Source of the DNA: Octopus bimaculoides
Lineage: Eukaryota
NCBI RefSeq assembly: GCF_001194135.2
Contig: NC_068983.1
Coordinates: 163,088,760 to 163,152,759, forward strand
DNA length: 64,000 nucleotides
Direction: 5' to 3'
Made by a program: the position numbers and the translations under genes. Positions 24,380 to 35,925 of this stretch are shown here, one piece after another. Position 1 is the stretch's first letter, and every line of letters starts with the position of its first letter. The notes below the pieces were generated by a model, which was given only the letters and a program-made list of their open reading frames with translations, ran no database searches and was not told the DNA's origin.

Positions 24380-24640
24380 ATTAGACTAAGTCTGTCGATC
24401 AATAACCGACACGAGTTAGAAGAAGGTAATTGGTTGTTGAAGCATATACCGTTCTATGCATGTTACCATCACCTTCCCATCCTATAAACCGTCCTCATTT
24501 TCTTCTGATGAAAGGGTATTAACTCCGAAATACACAAATATAAGTTAAAGTGCAAAGTGTTGTCCAGTCTTCCTTAGTTTCATTTTCACTTCTATATTTT
24601 CAATTTACATCGCATTCGCTTTTGAACAGTTTCGGTTTGT
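24380..24640 (+). mobile_element. Penelope-like terminal repeat remnant with a degenerate hammerhead motif
   Basis: CTGATGA-AA-GGGT-ATTA-ACTC-CGAAA at ~24504-24530 after a pyrimidine-rich tract; a more degraded motif CCTCATGAGGCG...CCAAAAC lies at ~24045-24067. Confidence 0.4.
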
Positions 24641-24794
24641 GTGAGTATGTTTATATATAAATGTGTACATACAAATGTAAGTATACATACGTTGAATTCC
24701 TAGCTTTTAAGCATACAATATTAAACTATGTGATGTACTTTTGATTTCAAAGAGAGTATTTCATGATTACAATCATGATTTGTGTGTATACCAT

Positions 24795-24862
24795 CTATGT
24801 ATGTATGTATGTCTGTATGTATATGAGTGTGTGTGCGTATATATACATACATATATATATAC

Positions 24863-24894
<32 letters not shown>

Positions 24895-25000
24895 GTATAT
24901 ATAGATGTATATATATATATTCATATATATGCATACACACACGTACATATATATATATATATATATACGTGTGTACATGTATGTGAGTATGTATATGAAT
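24795..25000. repeat. TA/TG/ATGT compound microsatellite (similar tracts at 42790-42910, 52448-52860, 57185-57545)
   Basis: Seen directly. Confidence 0.95.
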
Positions 25001-26579
25001 ACATAAAGTCGATGAAAAAACTTCCTGGCATCCAAGAGAGTTGTGAAGTTATTCACAGAAATCGTTAGAAAAAGGCTTCTGTATGAATATCATTTGAAAA
25101 TGATATAATCAATAATTATTCCGATAAAACGTTTAACAGGTAAACATTGATCTATAACAAAGAATTTCTATGAGTTAAGCATGGATTAATCTGCCACACA
25201 CAATATGGAAAGTACGAAAATACATCGGAACACTAGAACCTTAAAAATCCATAAATATGACATCGAAATATTTCTAATTTTTTTTTTCTCTTTTTAGTGA
25301 CGTATTGCATCCTGAATTATCTAACTTTGCGATTCTCCAATTTTATTTTCGAGCTGAAACAGCTGTTCCAATATAAATGAACGATAAATTTATTATTGTA
25401 ACAAAAGATAAAATAATATTTTCCCCACACATTATTTCGTATTCATTGATAATAAAATTTCACACCTCTTTTCAAGAACGTGAAAAACGGTAAAACATTT
25501 TGTTTCTTTTTATTGTGCATGTCTTTCAAAATGTTAAGTATGATTCTAATCTCTATAGGTGTTTTTTTTCCTTTGAAGTTAACGTTAGGTCGACTAAATG
25601 TATTGTAAATTTAATGCCTTTTACGAAAAAAAAATTTAAGTAGAACTTTTTGTTCAATTTTTAGACAGTATGTTCATTGATTATATTTTATGCAGGAAAT
25701 CATTATTTAACTTCTTCACGGATACAATGTGTGACTGACGCACATTCAACACAAAAGCGGAATCGTTACATTACTATAGTTGTCATTACTGTAGCTGTTA
25801 TAGAAATTATGACGCAGTTTAACAAAAATATTTTTATCATACCGAAAACTTATTAACTTTATGAATGCTGCCCTTTCAAAGGGCGGTGAATAAGAAAAAG
25901 AACAGTAATTCTTGATATCTCATAGTATTTTAGTATTTTCTTTTGTTTATCCATATTCGTCGTGTTAGTTTTCACTTCAGATTCTTTATTTCTAGAGTCT
26001 ATTTACTATAGTTACGAGGAAATCATTGAGTGAAATACATTACACTGTGCAGAAATGTATCTGCAGTTTACGGAATCAACAGAAATTTGTTTGGGGATTA
26101 AGGTTGAGATAGGATAAAACACAATTTTAATGTTGTCTTCTCTAAAAATACTTGGCTCTTTAATCATGAAATAAAGTTACTTCCTTATTTGACAATTTAA
26201 TCTACCTGACCACTTAAAACATTAATCGTAACGAATTTCAAAATACTGAATAAAATTTATGATTAATACCTCATTTCCAAATGATTAAAGACTGAAAGAA
26301 TTCCTGCAACGTTGCTGGAGGTTTGCAGGACAATTCAGTCTGTTTTTACGTAACTCAGACCTGTACAGAATGACAGTGCCGTGTGCAATAGTGACAAAGG
26401 ATCAGAATGAGTGCACAACGTCTCAACGTCATGGATTTGAGGCTCTCGATTACACATTACAAGAATTGCAAGGTAACTTTAACATCATGGATGGAGTCAC
26501 AATCTGGACCTCTGCTGAGTGAGTTCAAGCAAGAGTGAGTTCAAGTGAGAGGATGGTTAAGCAACCATCCTCTCACACC

Positions 26580-26627
26580 GTCTCCGGCGTAGGGATATAA
26601 TAAATATCCTGGAAACAGCTGTAAGAC
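26580..26627 (+). ncRNA. Hammerhead motif of the same family as 18936, with a mutated core (CCGGCGT)
   Basis: GTCT/AGAC stem I, GGGATA/TATCCT stem II, GAAACAGCTGTA; downstream flank homologous to 18990-19030. Confidence 0.55.
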
Positions 26628-27317
26628 CTTCTATTTATAAATATTCTCAAATATACACAGCCTTTGTTTTTTTTATCTCATTACAAAAAGTAAGATTCAC
26701 ACGCTGATATATGACCTACGTTGGACCCCATAATCACCGAACCCGGAGCTTAACTATGGTCTATCCACAGCACTTACTCAGCACATTACCTGAAACCTCT
26801 ATGTCTAATTGACACCATTACCGCTCATAACCTGTATATATATATATATATATATATATATNNNNNNNNNNNNNNNNNNNNNNNNNNNNNNNNNNNNNNN
26901 NNNNNNNNNNNNNNNNNNNNNNNNNNNNNNNNNNNNNNNNNNNNNNNNNNNNNNNNNNNNNNNNNNNNNNNNNNNNNNNNNNNNNNNNNNNNNNNNNNNN
27001 NNNNNNNNNNNNNNNNNNNNNNNNNNNNNNNNNNNNNNNNNNNNNNNNNNNNNNNNNNNNNNNNNNNNNNNNNNNNNNNNNNNNNNNNNNNNNNNNNNNN
27101 NNNNNNNNNNNNNNNNNNNNNNNNNNNNNNNNNNNNNNNNNNNNNNNNNNNNNNNNNNNNNNNNNNNNNNNNNNNNNNNNNNNNNNNNNNNNNNNNNNNN
27201 NNNNNNNNNNNNNNNNNNNNNNNNNNNNNNNNNNNNNNNNNNNNNNNNNNNNNNNNNNNNNNNNNNNNNNNNNNNNNNNNNNNNNNNNNNNNNNNNNNNN
27301 NNNNNNNNNNNNNNNNN

Positions 27318-28449
27318 TTTTGCTAAAATTGCTGTTTCTTCTTAGATATCATCAGAGAAAGGTAATTAAAATTCATTAAAATGACAGATCTATCGGACTT
27401 TCGAAGAGGTCAAATTGTTGGTGCTCGTAGGGCAGGCCCTAGCGTAACGAAAACAGTTGAAATGTTTGATGTATCAAGAATCAAGAAATACTGTCTCGAA
27501 AGTAATGAAAAGCCTCCTCGTCGAAACAAAATTCCGGAAGAAAAGTAAAACTCTCAGATGGGGGCCGTCGGACTCTTACGCGAATTGTTAGAAAGGATCA
27601 CAAAAGTACAGCTCCCAAAATTACTGCAGGGCTTAATGACCACCTAGAGAACCCAGTTTCCACAAAAACTGTTCGTCGGGAACTGCACAAAGCCGTATTT
27701 TACTGGAGGGCTGCAATCAGAAAACCACTAATTTCAAAAACAAACGTTGCAAAGCGTTGAGAGTGGGGTAAAAACCTACAGAATTGATCCTTATAGCAGT
27801 GGAAGAATGCTATTTTCTCGGACGAGTCATCCTTTACCCTATTTCCGACCACCGACCGAATATCCGTGTGGAGACATCCAAAAGAAGCATTTGACCCAAA
27901 CTGCCTTCTTCCAACTGTTAAACATGGAGGAGGAACGGTGATGATCTGGGGGGCTATATGCTAGAAATCCATCGGCCCAATGGTTTCCTTTCATGGCAGA
28001 ATTAATAGTCAAGTCTATTTAAGCATTTTATCTGATCAAATTCATCATAAGGTTTCGAAACTGTGTCCGGAAGGAAACGCAATCTTTCATAATGATAATG
28101 CACCAATTCACACGGCTAAAGTTTTTACTGAATGGCACGAGGAACATTCTAATGAAGTTGAACATCTTATGTGGCCACCACAGTCCACGGATCTCAATAT
28201 TATTGAACAATTATGGTGTATTTTTGAAAAACAAATAAGGAGTCGATATCCTCCACCATCATCACTACAAGAACTGGAGACTGTTTTAGCTGAAGAATGG
28301 GAAAAAATTCTTTTGGAAACAATTGAACTTTTGTACGAGTCCATACGTCGTAGAATTCAAGCTGTAATTACTGCCAAAGCAGACCTACTCCATATTAAAA
28401 TAATGTTTTTGAAATTTTAAGGTGTTTCCATTATTTTGTCCAACCCCTG
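27318..28449 (+). mobile_element. Tc1-like DNA transposon with a DD36E catalytic motif (Incomer-type), inactivated
   Basis: ATG 27381 MTDLSDFRRGQIVGARRAG...; SDESSFTLF; D at 28094, then 36 codons, then E at 28205; right TIR TTCCATTATTTTGTCCAACCCCTG followed by TA; several stops and frameshifts; left TIR lies in the gap. Confidence 0.92.
27381..28400 (+). pseudogene. Tc1-family transposase pseudogene (paired-like HTH plus DDE)
   Basis: RRTLTRIVRKDHKSTAPKITAGLNDHLENPVSTKTVRRELHK; VKHGGGTVMIWG; WPPQSTDLNIIEQLW. Confidence 0.9.
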
Positions 28450-28451
28450 TA

Positions 28452-28690
28452 TATATGTGTTTATTTGTGCGTGTGTCTATGTTTGTACCCAACAACATCG
28501 CTTGGCAGACTATGTTGATGTGTTTACGTCCCCGTAAACTAGCGGTTCGGCAAAGGAAACCGACAGAGTAAGTACTAGGTTCACAAAGAATAAGTTCTGG
28601 GGTCGATGTTTTTCGACTAAAAGGTGGTGCTCCAGCATGGCCACAGTCAAATGAATGAAATAAGTAAAATAATAAAAGAATTAAAGAAAA
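28452..28690 (+). mobile_element. SINE family C, 3' half
   Basis: GTGTTTACGTCCCCGTAA.CTAGCGGTTCGGCAAA...GGTGCTCCAGCATGGCCACAGTCAAATG. Confidence 0.85.
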
Positions 28691-28952
28691 TAGCACAGGC
28701 ACTGAATAGTTGTAGATTGCTGTAAAATCTAAACGATGTTTTAGATTATGTCTAAAGAATTCAGAAAGAAGCAATGTTCATGAAAGTATTAGAAGTTTCT
28801 AACAATGTATATTTTTTTGTTTTGTATTTGTTGGTGTTTCTCGAAGAACGGAAGCTTTTGGAAAAAAGAGCATTGTTCCTTGACAATTATTGATTTCGCA
28901 TTGGTTGTCTATTTCTTCGTTTCAGGAAGCTCTGGCATACATTCTGAATAGT

Positions 28953-28994
28953 GATCAATCTTTTCAAATTCATATATGAATTTGAAAAGATTGA
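28953..28994. repeat. Perfect 42-bp spacerless palindrome
   Basis: ATCAATCTTTTCAAATTCATA|TATGAATTTGAAAAGATTGAT. Confidence 0.97.
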
Positions 28995-29108
28995 TTACAG
29001 CGTTATTCTCCATGTACTGCGGTTTTCTTTTAACATGGATCTCATGTTCAATGGCTAGTTCTTTTGTACACCCCCCACACACACACACGCACACACATGC
29101 ACACGCAC

Positions 29109-29141
<33 letters not shown>

Positions 29142-29954
29142 TACACATGCACACGCACACACATACACATACATAATATATCTATGTATGACCCTGTCTA
29201 ACAATTTGTCGCTCTTTACTTATGTGTGTGTGTGTGTGTGTTTGTGTGTATGTGTATTTGTGAGTGTGTTTATGTATGCATGTGTGTATGTGTGTGTGTG
29301 TGTGTGCGTGCATATTAATTGATTATTTGAGAGCGACAGAGTTTCACGTTACCGATTATTTAAACGATCGAAGAATAACATGAATGATACTACATAAGCA
29401 TTACAATTAGTCACCAATAATGCATTTTTTTAATATCAAAAATCTCGTTCGAAAATGCATCACATATTCATCTATTCATGTAATGTATACCGAATGTGTG
29501 GGTCACATTGCATTTTCATATGTTGATTATATGTATGAAGGACTGAAATGTAGGAAAAGTGGATTTTGATTAATTAAAACAATACTCGTAATACAATCAT
29601 ATTTCATTTTGTTGTGTCTTGAGGGAGTCATTATGCAAATTAGACTAAAAAACGAAGTAAATCATATTTCAAAGTCGCGGATATTAATTATGTTGGAAAT
29701 ATGATATTGTTGCTGGTTGGCACTGAGAAATTTCTCCGCACACCTCGGTGGAAGAATACACCATTTCTGATCAAAATTTTAGAAAGTAGTAATAAACAGT
29801 TATAATATTCTGAGAGACAAAGATCACTTATTCTGGATACATTAATGTTGGGTGACGTGTGTTCTACAACGCTGCTTTCAGTTTCATAAATGTTAATTTT
29901 ATTATCCTTTAATTGCCATATGAAAAATAATTTTGGCTGCAAATTTTGGTACAA

Positions 29955-30095
29955 GGTATTTATTTTGTCGATCCCGAGAGTATGAAAGGCAAAGTTAAGC
30001 TCGGCAGAATTTGAACTCAGAACGTTAAGTCAGACGAAATACTGCTAAGCCTTTTGCTCGGCGTGCTAACGATTCTGTCAACTCGCTGTCTTTTT
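29955..30095 (-). mobile_element. SINE family B (partial)
   Basis: GAATTTGAACTCAGAACGT...GGCGTGCTAACGATTCTG. Confidence 0.8.
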
Positions 30096-30714
30096 AAAAG
30101 TCTATAATATTAATTATGATAAAAATCGGATGTGGCTTTTGAAACATGCTCCCCTTACATCGATGGCTTTAGGAAGTGTAATTTTTGTCTCTGTTACAGT
30201 AATTTTACAACTTTGAGCAAAAGGTCGGACGTGGTTTGAACAAAAGATTAAGATGACCCTTTCATTAATATTTGTCAAGAAATTTCCAACTACTACAAGT
30301 TAAAATACTGCATTTCTTATGCATTACTCTACCGATGCTATGAAGAAAAAATACTTTTATTTACGAACACTAAAATACATTAAAACAGCTACTTGAATAC
30401 CTCCTGAGTTGCGACGCAAGAAGCTTCAACATATTTAAAATATCTACGTTTTGTTCTCCCTTCGTTTGTAAATAGAAACTGCCAGCAATCTATGTCTTGG
30501 GGCAATAGATTTTCGCCAAACTGTATCAGTGACTAGATATGCATTCTAAACTTTAAAAAAAAGGAAAAACTATTCGCAAGTTAACCCCGCAGGAAAAATC
30601 ATAGAACAAATTCTATTTTCACTTTCATATTCTAGATATCAACATTATATGACATGCCTATGGGTACACACGCACATACACTCGGACACACATACACACT
30701 CTCACATACACATA

Positions 30715-30752
<38 letters not shown>

Positions 30753-30784
30753 TACACACAGAGTAAATTTCCACTTCATGCAAT

Positions 30785-30965
30785 CTTTTATCTGTCATAT
30801 TTTACTTGTTTCAGTGATTAGACTGCGGCCATACTGCAGCACTGGAGTAGAGAAGTTTTAATTGAACTGAGAAGTTTTAATTTAATTTTTAAAGCCTGAT
30901 ACTTATTCTATCAATGATTTTTGCCGAACCGCTATGGTCACGGAGACAGAAACAGACACCAAATG
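30785..30965 (-). mobile_element. SINE family C, 3' half (degraded)
   Basis: TTTACTTGTTTCAG..GACTGCGGCCAT...TTTTGCCGAACCGCT. Confidence 0.72.
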
Positions 30966-31132
30966 CCGAGTGATGGTGAGGACACACACATTCACACACA
31001 CATTCACATACACATGCGCGCACACACAGATGACGCACACAGACACATGCCGTACACACACACGACGCACACATACGACGAACACATACATGCCGCGCAT
31101 ACACACACACACATACACATGCGCCCCCCCCA

Positions 31133-31172
<40 letters not shown>

Positions 31173-31523
31173 GTAAAGGTGGCTTATTTGCAATTTACAG
31201 CCGAAAGTCTGAAATATAGTCGTCACTAAAATGACTAAGTGTACTAGTAAGCACCATTATTGCTAGAAATAAGAGTCAAAACAACTTATAGCCACAGAAA
31301 GCACTTAGCATTATGACTGACAGGGGAGGCAAGCTCCCTACATCCGGGCCATAGCCAGATCAGCAGTGATTTCATATCGGATTAATGCACGTCAGTGGCT
31401 CTTCTCCGGCCTATATTCTTCTAACTACTTTTACTCCCTTATTCTTCTATTTATCCCTTATAATCTATGAATTTTATTCCTTGTAGACTGTAAATTTTCC
31501 CCGTCTAAAATATCCATACCTTG

Positions 31524-31598
31524 TTTCTGATGACAGAATACGCAGTGCACAGACATGCTAACCAACTACTTGGGTTATCCCAGAAATGGCTGTAAGAA
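31524..31598 (+). ncRNA. Hammerhead motif of the 18936 family with an elongated stem II insert
   Basis: CTGATGA 31527-33 ... TATCCCA GAAA 31583-86 TGGCTG TA AGAA. Confidence 0.45.
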
Positions 31599-31714
31599 TT
31601 CAAATTAAATTATTTTAAATGGCTTCAGATACTCATTCTGCCTTGGTTCTGATTTTTCCTCTAATATGGTATAATATAATATAATATAATATAATATAAT
31701 ATATATATTAAACG

Positions 31715-31925
31715 CAATAGAGAGCATTAAAACGTTAGGACATTTAGACGATACATAGGCGGACAAGAGAAACAACAATTAGAAGGACAGGCAAAAAAAG
31801 ACGGGTCATTCTTGGTTTTCTTTCATCAGTCGAGTCCCAGAAGTCACGACCATTTCGGACACTTACATTTGAGAGGGTTCGATCTGGTTTCCCCCCACTA
31901 AAAAAGTATAAGCGAAGAGCATTAG
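31715..31925 (-). mobile_element. Reverse copy of the 6950-7135 repeat
   Basis: AAAAAAAGACGGGTCATTC, TTTCATCAGTCGAG, GTTCGATCTGGTTT. Confidence 0.7.
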
Positions 31926-31979
31926 ACCCCTTTGTAAGCTAGCGAATCTATCTATCTATCTATCTATCTATCTATATAC

Positions 31980-32145
31980 ACGACGGGCTTCTTTTCAGTT
32001 TCTGTCGACCAACTCCACTCACAGGGCTTTGACCGGCCCGAAGTTATAATAGAAAATACTTGCTCAAGGTGCCACAGAATGGGACTGAACACGGAACCGT
32101 GTGGCTGGAAAGCAGTCTTCTTACCACACAACCACATCTGCGCCA
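31980..32145 (-). mobile_element. SINE family C, 5' half
   Basis: CGACGGGCTTCT...CTTGCTCAAGGTGCCAC...CTTACCACACAACCACATCTGCGCC. Confidence 0.85.
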
Positions 32146-33162
32146 CTACGATGTGTATTTCTGTATCTAATGAAGAATTTTTTGTCTGTCCATAAAGTAT
32201 ATCTGCTAAAACTTTCTTGTTTCTTTCCTCATCAGTTTATAAAAAATATATAACATCTCTCTGTTTAGAAAATCCATCTATCCTCATTTATCAACAGTGA
32301 TAAATAAATCAGTGATAAATGAATCATATCTGTGCATATTGTAAATGGAACAAATAGCAGATTCAGTCGCACAAAACTTATAGTCTGCAACAGTGGAGCT
32401 TCCATCGTCACGTGTTTTCTTGATCATCTCTACGTTTCCCTGTAGTGAATCCACTCACACGTGTCGTTTGTTAGGAAGAAGTGTCTTCATATCATTTTCT
32501 TTTTGCTGATCCCCCGTTGACAGACACGATTAGGTGCATCCGTATAAAAAGCTTAACCTCACAGCGCGCTCATGTAAACACAAGCAGAAGCCAGTGCATT
32601 CTGAGTAGCTCGGTGTTTATAATGTATTAATATTTCTCTGCGCATCTTTATCTGATCAATATTTAAAATCTGCCAGTCATCTTTCAACCAAATCTTCTTG
32701 TTAAAATAATTCCTACCCCAAATATTTTTATGTACAATACGAGAAATTTCAAAATCAAGATAAATTTGGCATTGAGCGAAGTTCTTAATTGTGAAATTCA
32801 ATTTTCCTGGGGCTCATTATAAATTCACCAGCATTTAGATGGTTTATTCGATTACGTCAATAATGATGCTACGCCGATCCACAGCAATTATGATGATACC
32901 AAAATATAACGAACCTCCTCCTGATAAAATATTCTTATCTGAAATGAAGAATGTTTTATGCAAAATAAAAATTCACAACCCGTTAAATTGGAATTTAATT
33001 CCAGAAAATCTTTCTCAAATAATTGAATAATTTCAATGTTTCTTTAAGGAAACTTGCTGAATGATATTGTATAATATTGATATTGTTTAAAAATTTTATC
33101 CGTTAATACAATATGTCATAAAATTCTAAGAATTTAAATGTATTTGCGCAAATACATTTAAA

Positions 33163-33298
33163 TTACGCTGTGTCGTAAGAGGCTTGCTTCCCTTGTACAA
33201 GGTCTGGGTTCAGTTCCACTGTATGGCACCTTGGGCAAAACTCTTCAACCATAGCCCCAGGCTGGCCAATGCCCTGTGAGTGAATTTCGTAGATGGAA

Positions 33299-33300
<2 letters not shown>
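33163..33300 (+). mobile_element. SINE family C, 5' half
   Basis: GGGTTCAGTTCCACTG.ATGGCACCTTGGGCAA. Confidence 0.75.
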
Positions 33301-33357
<57 letters not shown>

Positions 33358-33359
<2 letters not shown>

Positions 33360-33668
33360 GGCGTAGGAGTGGATGTGTGGTAAGTAGCTTGTGAGGGTTA
33401 GTAGCTTGTGGGCGCCGGTGCCCCTCCCATTTTTGTCCATTATTGTCGTTATTATCCTCATCTCACTAGTGTCTTTGTCCAGCCCGCAGCCACTTATCTG
33501 TGCACGGCTTTCATAGCCAATTTGATGAATACACGTAGCTTGCTTACGAACCACATGGTTCCGGGTTCAGTCCCACTGCACTTTGCGCAAGTGTCTTCTA
33601 CTATAGCCTCGGGCCGACTAAAGCCTTGTGAGTGGATTTGGTAGACGGAAACTGATAGAAGCCCGTTG

Positions 33669-33707
<39 letters not shown>

Positions 33708-34535
33708 NNNNNNNNNNNNNNNNNNNNNNNNNNNNNNNNNNNNNNNNNNNNNNNNNNNNNNNNNNNNNNNNNNNNNNNNNNNNNNNNNNNNNNNNNNNNN
33801 NNNNNNNNNNNNNNNNNNNNNNNNNNNNNNNNNNNNNNNNNNNNNNNNNNNNNNNNNNNNNNNNNNNNNNNNNNNNNNNNNNNNNNNNNNNNNNNNNNNN
33901 NNNNNNNNNNNNNNNNNNNNNNNNNNNNNNNNNNNNNNNNNNNNNNNNNNNNNNNNNNNNNNNNNNNNNNNNNNNNNNNNNNNNNNNNNNNNNNNNNNNN
34001 NNNNNNNNNNNNNNNNNNNNNNNNNNNNNNNNNNNNNNNNNNNNNNNNNNNNNNNNNNNNNNNNNNNNNNNNNNNNNNNNNNNNNNNNNNNNNNNNNNNN
34101 NNNNNNNNNNNNNNNNNNNNNNNNNNNNNNNNNNNNNNNNNNNNNNNNNNNNNNNNNNNNNNNNNNNNNNNNNNNNNNNNNNNNNNNNNNNNNNNNNNNN
34201 NNNNNNNNNNNNNNNNNNNNNNNNNNNNNNNNNNNNNNNNNNNNNNNNNNNNNNNNNNNNNNNNNNNNNNNNNNNNNNNNNNNNNNNNNNNTATATATAT
34301 ATATATATATGAATACAAGTACGTGTGTCTGTGTTTGTTCTCTACCACCACTTGACAGCCAGTCTTGGTCTGTTTATGGCCCCATAAATTAGCAGTTAAA
34401 CAAAAAAGAGACCGATAAAATAAGTACCACGTTTAAAATAAACAATAAAAGTACTGGGGCCGATTCATTCGACTAAAAATTCTTCAATGTGATGCTCCAG
34501 CATGGCCGAAATCTGATAACGGAAACAAATAAAAA
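33358..34535 (+). mobile_element. SINE family C, interrupted in its head by a ~143-bp insertion; the internal TA tract contains a gap
   Basis: Head 33358-33391, resumes at 33535; 3' half at 34310-34535. Confidence 0.8.
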
Positions 34536-35429
34536 TATCCATAGACATGAAAACGGAGAACTTAGATGTACCTTCATATTGTTTATTCTAGGAGCTGAGA
34601 ATCTTAGAATCGTGGATTTACTTACCTTTCATCTAAAATTACAATAGCCATTAAAATGTATAATTTTTAAAGTTAATCGACTTTACTTTCCCTTTTCAAG
34701 AATTGTACCGAGTGCAATCAATCAACGTAGCTTTCGTTAGTTTGTAAACTACAATATGAATTTTGGGAAGACGATATCCATTAGACGTATATCTAGTTAT
34801 TGTATCTAGTTACTGTTAATGGATACACTATTCAGGAAGGATTTCAATTTAGAAGAGATTTGAGCAAAATTAAATTGTATAAATATTTTAATGTAGTGTC
34901 CTGCCGTTTCTTTCAAAACGCTGTTCTACAAAAGTTATTGAACATTATTGAGAAAGTAGTTTCTATATGGTATCCGTTGAACTAAATTCTAACATTTATG
35001 TATTACGTCTAACCCCAAAATAAATTATGAATATGTTAAAAATGTTTACGGTATATTCTGAGATTACCCCTTAAGTTGTTTATAATACTTGGAACGTATT
35101 TCACTAACTCGATTATATAAGAAAGGAAATCAAAGGAAGTGATATTAAAATGATCATTTTACTATAGAATAGTCTTTGATATCTTTCTAAATTGAGAAAT
35201 AATCTAAGCACTTTCTTGTGTGTGAACAGAAGACCAGAAAATTTTCAATCTATTTCCACGACGCGTTTCCTAATTAGATTTCTGAAATGTTCTCCTGTTT
35301 ACTACAAGAAAGGAATAAAATCTCTACAGAAATCTCGTGCTTATTCCTGATTGGCTTCTTGGAAATTATTTCTGATCATATGCTAGAAATTAATCATTTA
35401 TCACCATTGCATTCTCTCTCACCGCTTTC

Positions 35430-35925
35430 CTTTGCACTCAATCTTGAGTAAAAAACCACCCCGCTTTGTACCGGTACACTCAGCCGCGCCTTGTGGACAC
35501 GACTGCAAAGACGTTGCCGCGGAGAATGACCAGCGACACTCATTGCAGCAGTCACCCCCACATCGCGGGGCCGCAGTTATCCTGATTTTGTGGAAGAAAT
35601 CAGCAGTGCGGGTATCGAGAACACCTGAAGTCTCATCACAAACTGATACCGACCGGTTAGACTCCTGTATTTCTTTTTCTTTCTCTCCTCTGCGTTATGG
35701 GCAGCAATATCAGAGTTTGCGACCGGAAAACTTGTCACAGCACGTCGCGTCTCAGATTAGGGATCTGCCTTCGGGGCGTTTACCATCCCCTCGGTCAAGA
35801 CCTACTGCGAGTGTTGCTGGCCGTTCTCTGTAGCAACGCCTTTGCTATAATGTCCGTGAGGCGCAGCTAAGAACCGTTTATTTTGGGGTGTACAACTCAT
35901 TACTCCTTCCCCACCGCGCATCTTC
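35430..35925 (-). mobile_element. CRE-like non-LTR retrotransposon 3' fragment (RLE domain), decayed
   Basis: Minus-strand frames give LTDIIAKAL, DRGDGKRPEGRSLI*DATCCD, AHNAEERKKKKYRSL, ETSGVL, VSLVILRGNVFAV, matching the CRE-type RGDGKRPDG...WDAT...AE..K..KY...ET.G...QRGN pattern. Confidence 0.75.

Noticed and set aside
25345-25370. Isolated GAAACAGCTGT word
   Set aside because: No upstream CTGANGA core or stem I/II pairing.
34626-34632. 7-nt minus-strand microexon (TTTTAG|ATGAAAG|GTAAGT)
   Set aside because: It is frame-shifting and has no partner exons, and such a motif is expected by chance in 128 kb of AT-rich sequence.
34760-35080. Possible very old Tc1/mariner 3' remnant
   Set aside because: The similarity is too faint to support by eye; it needs an HMM search.
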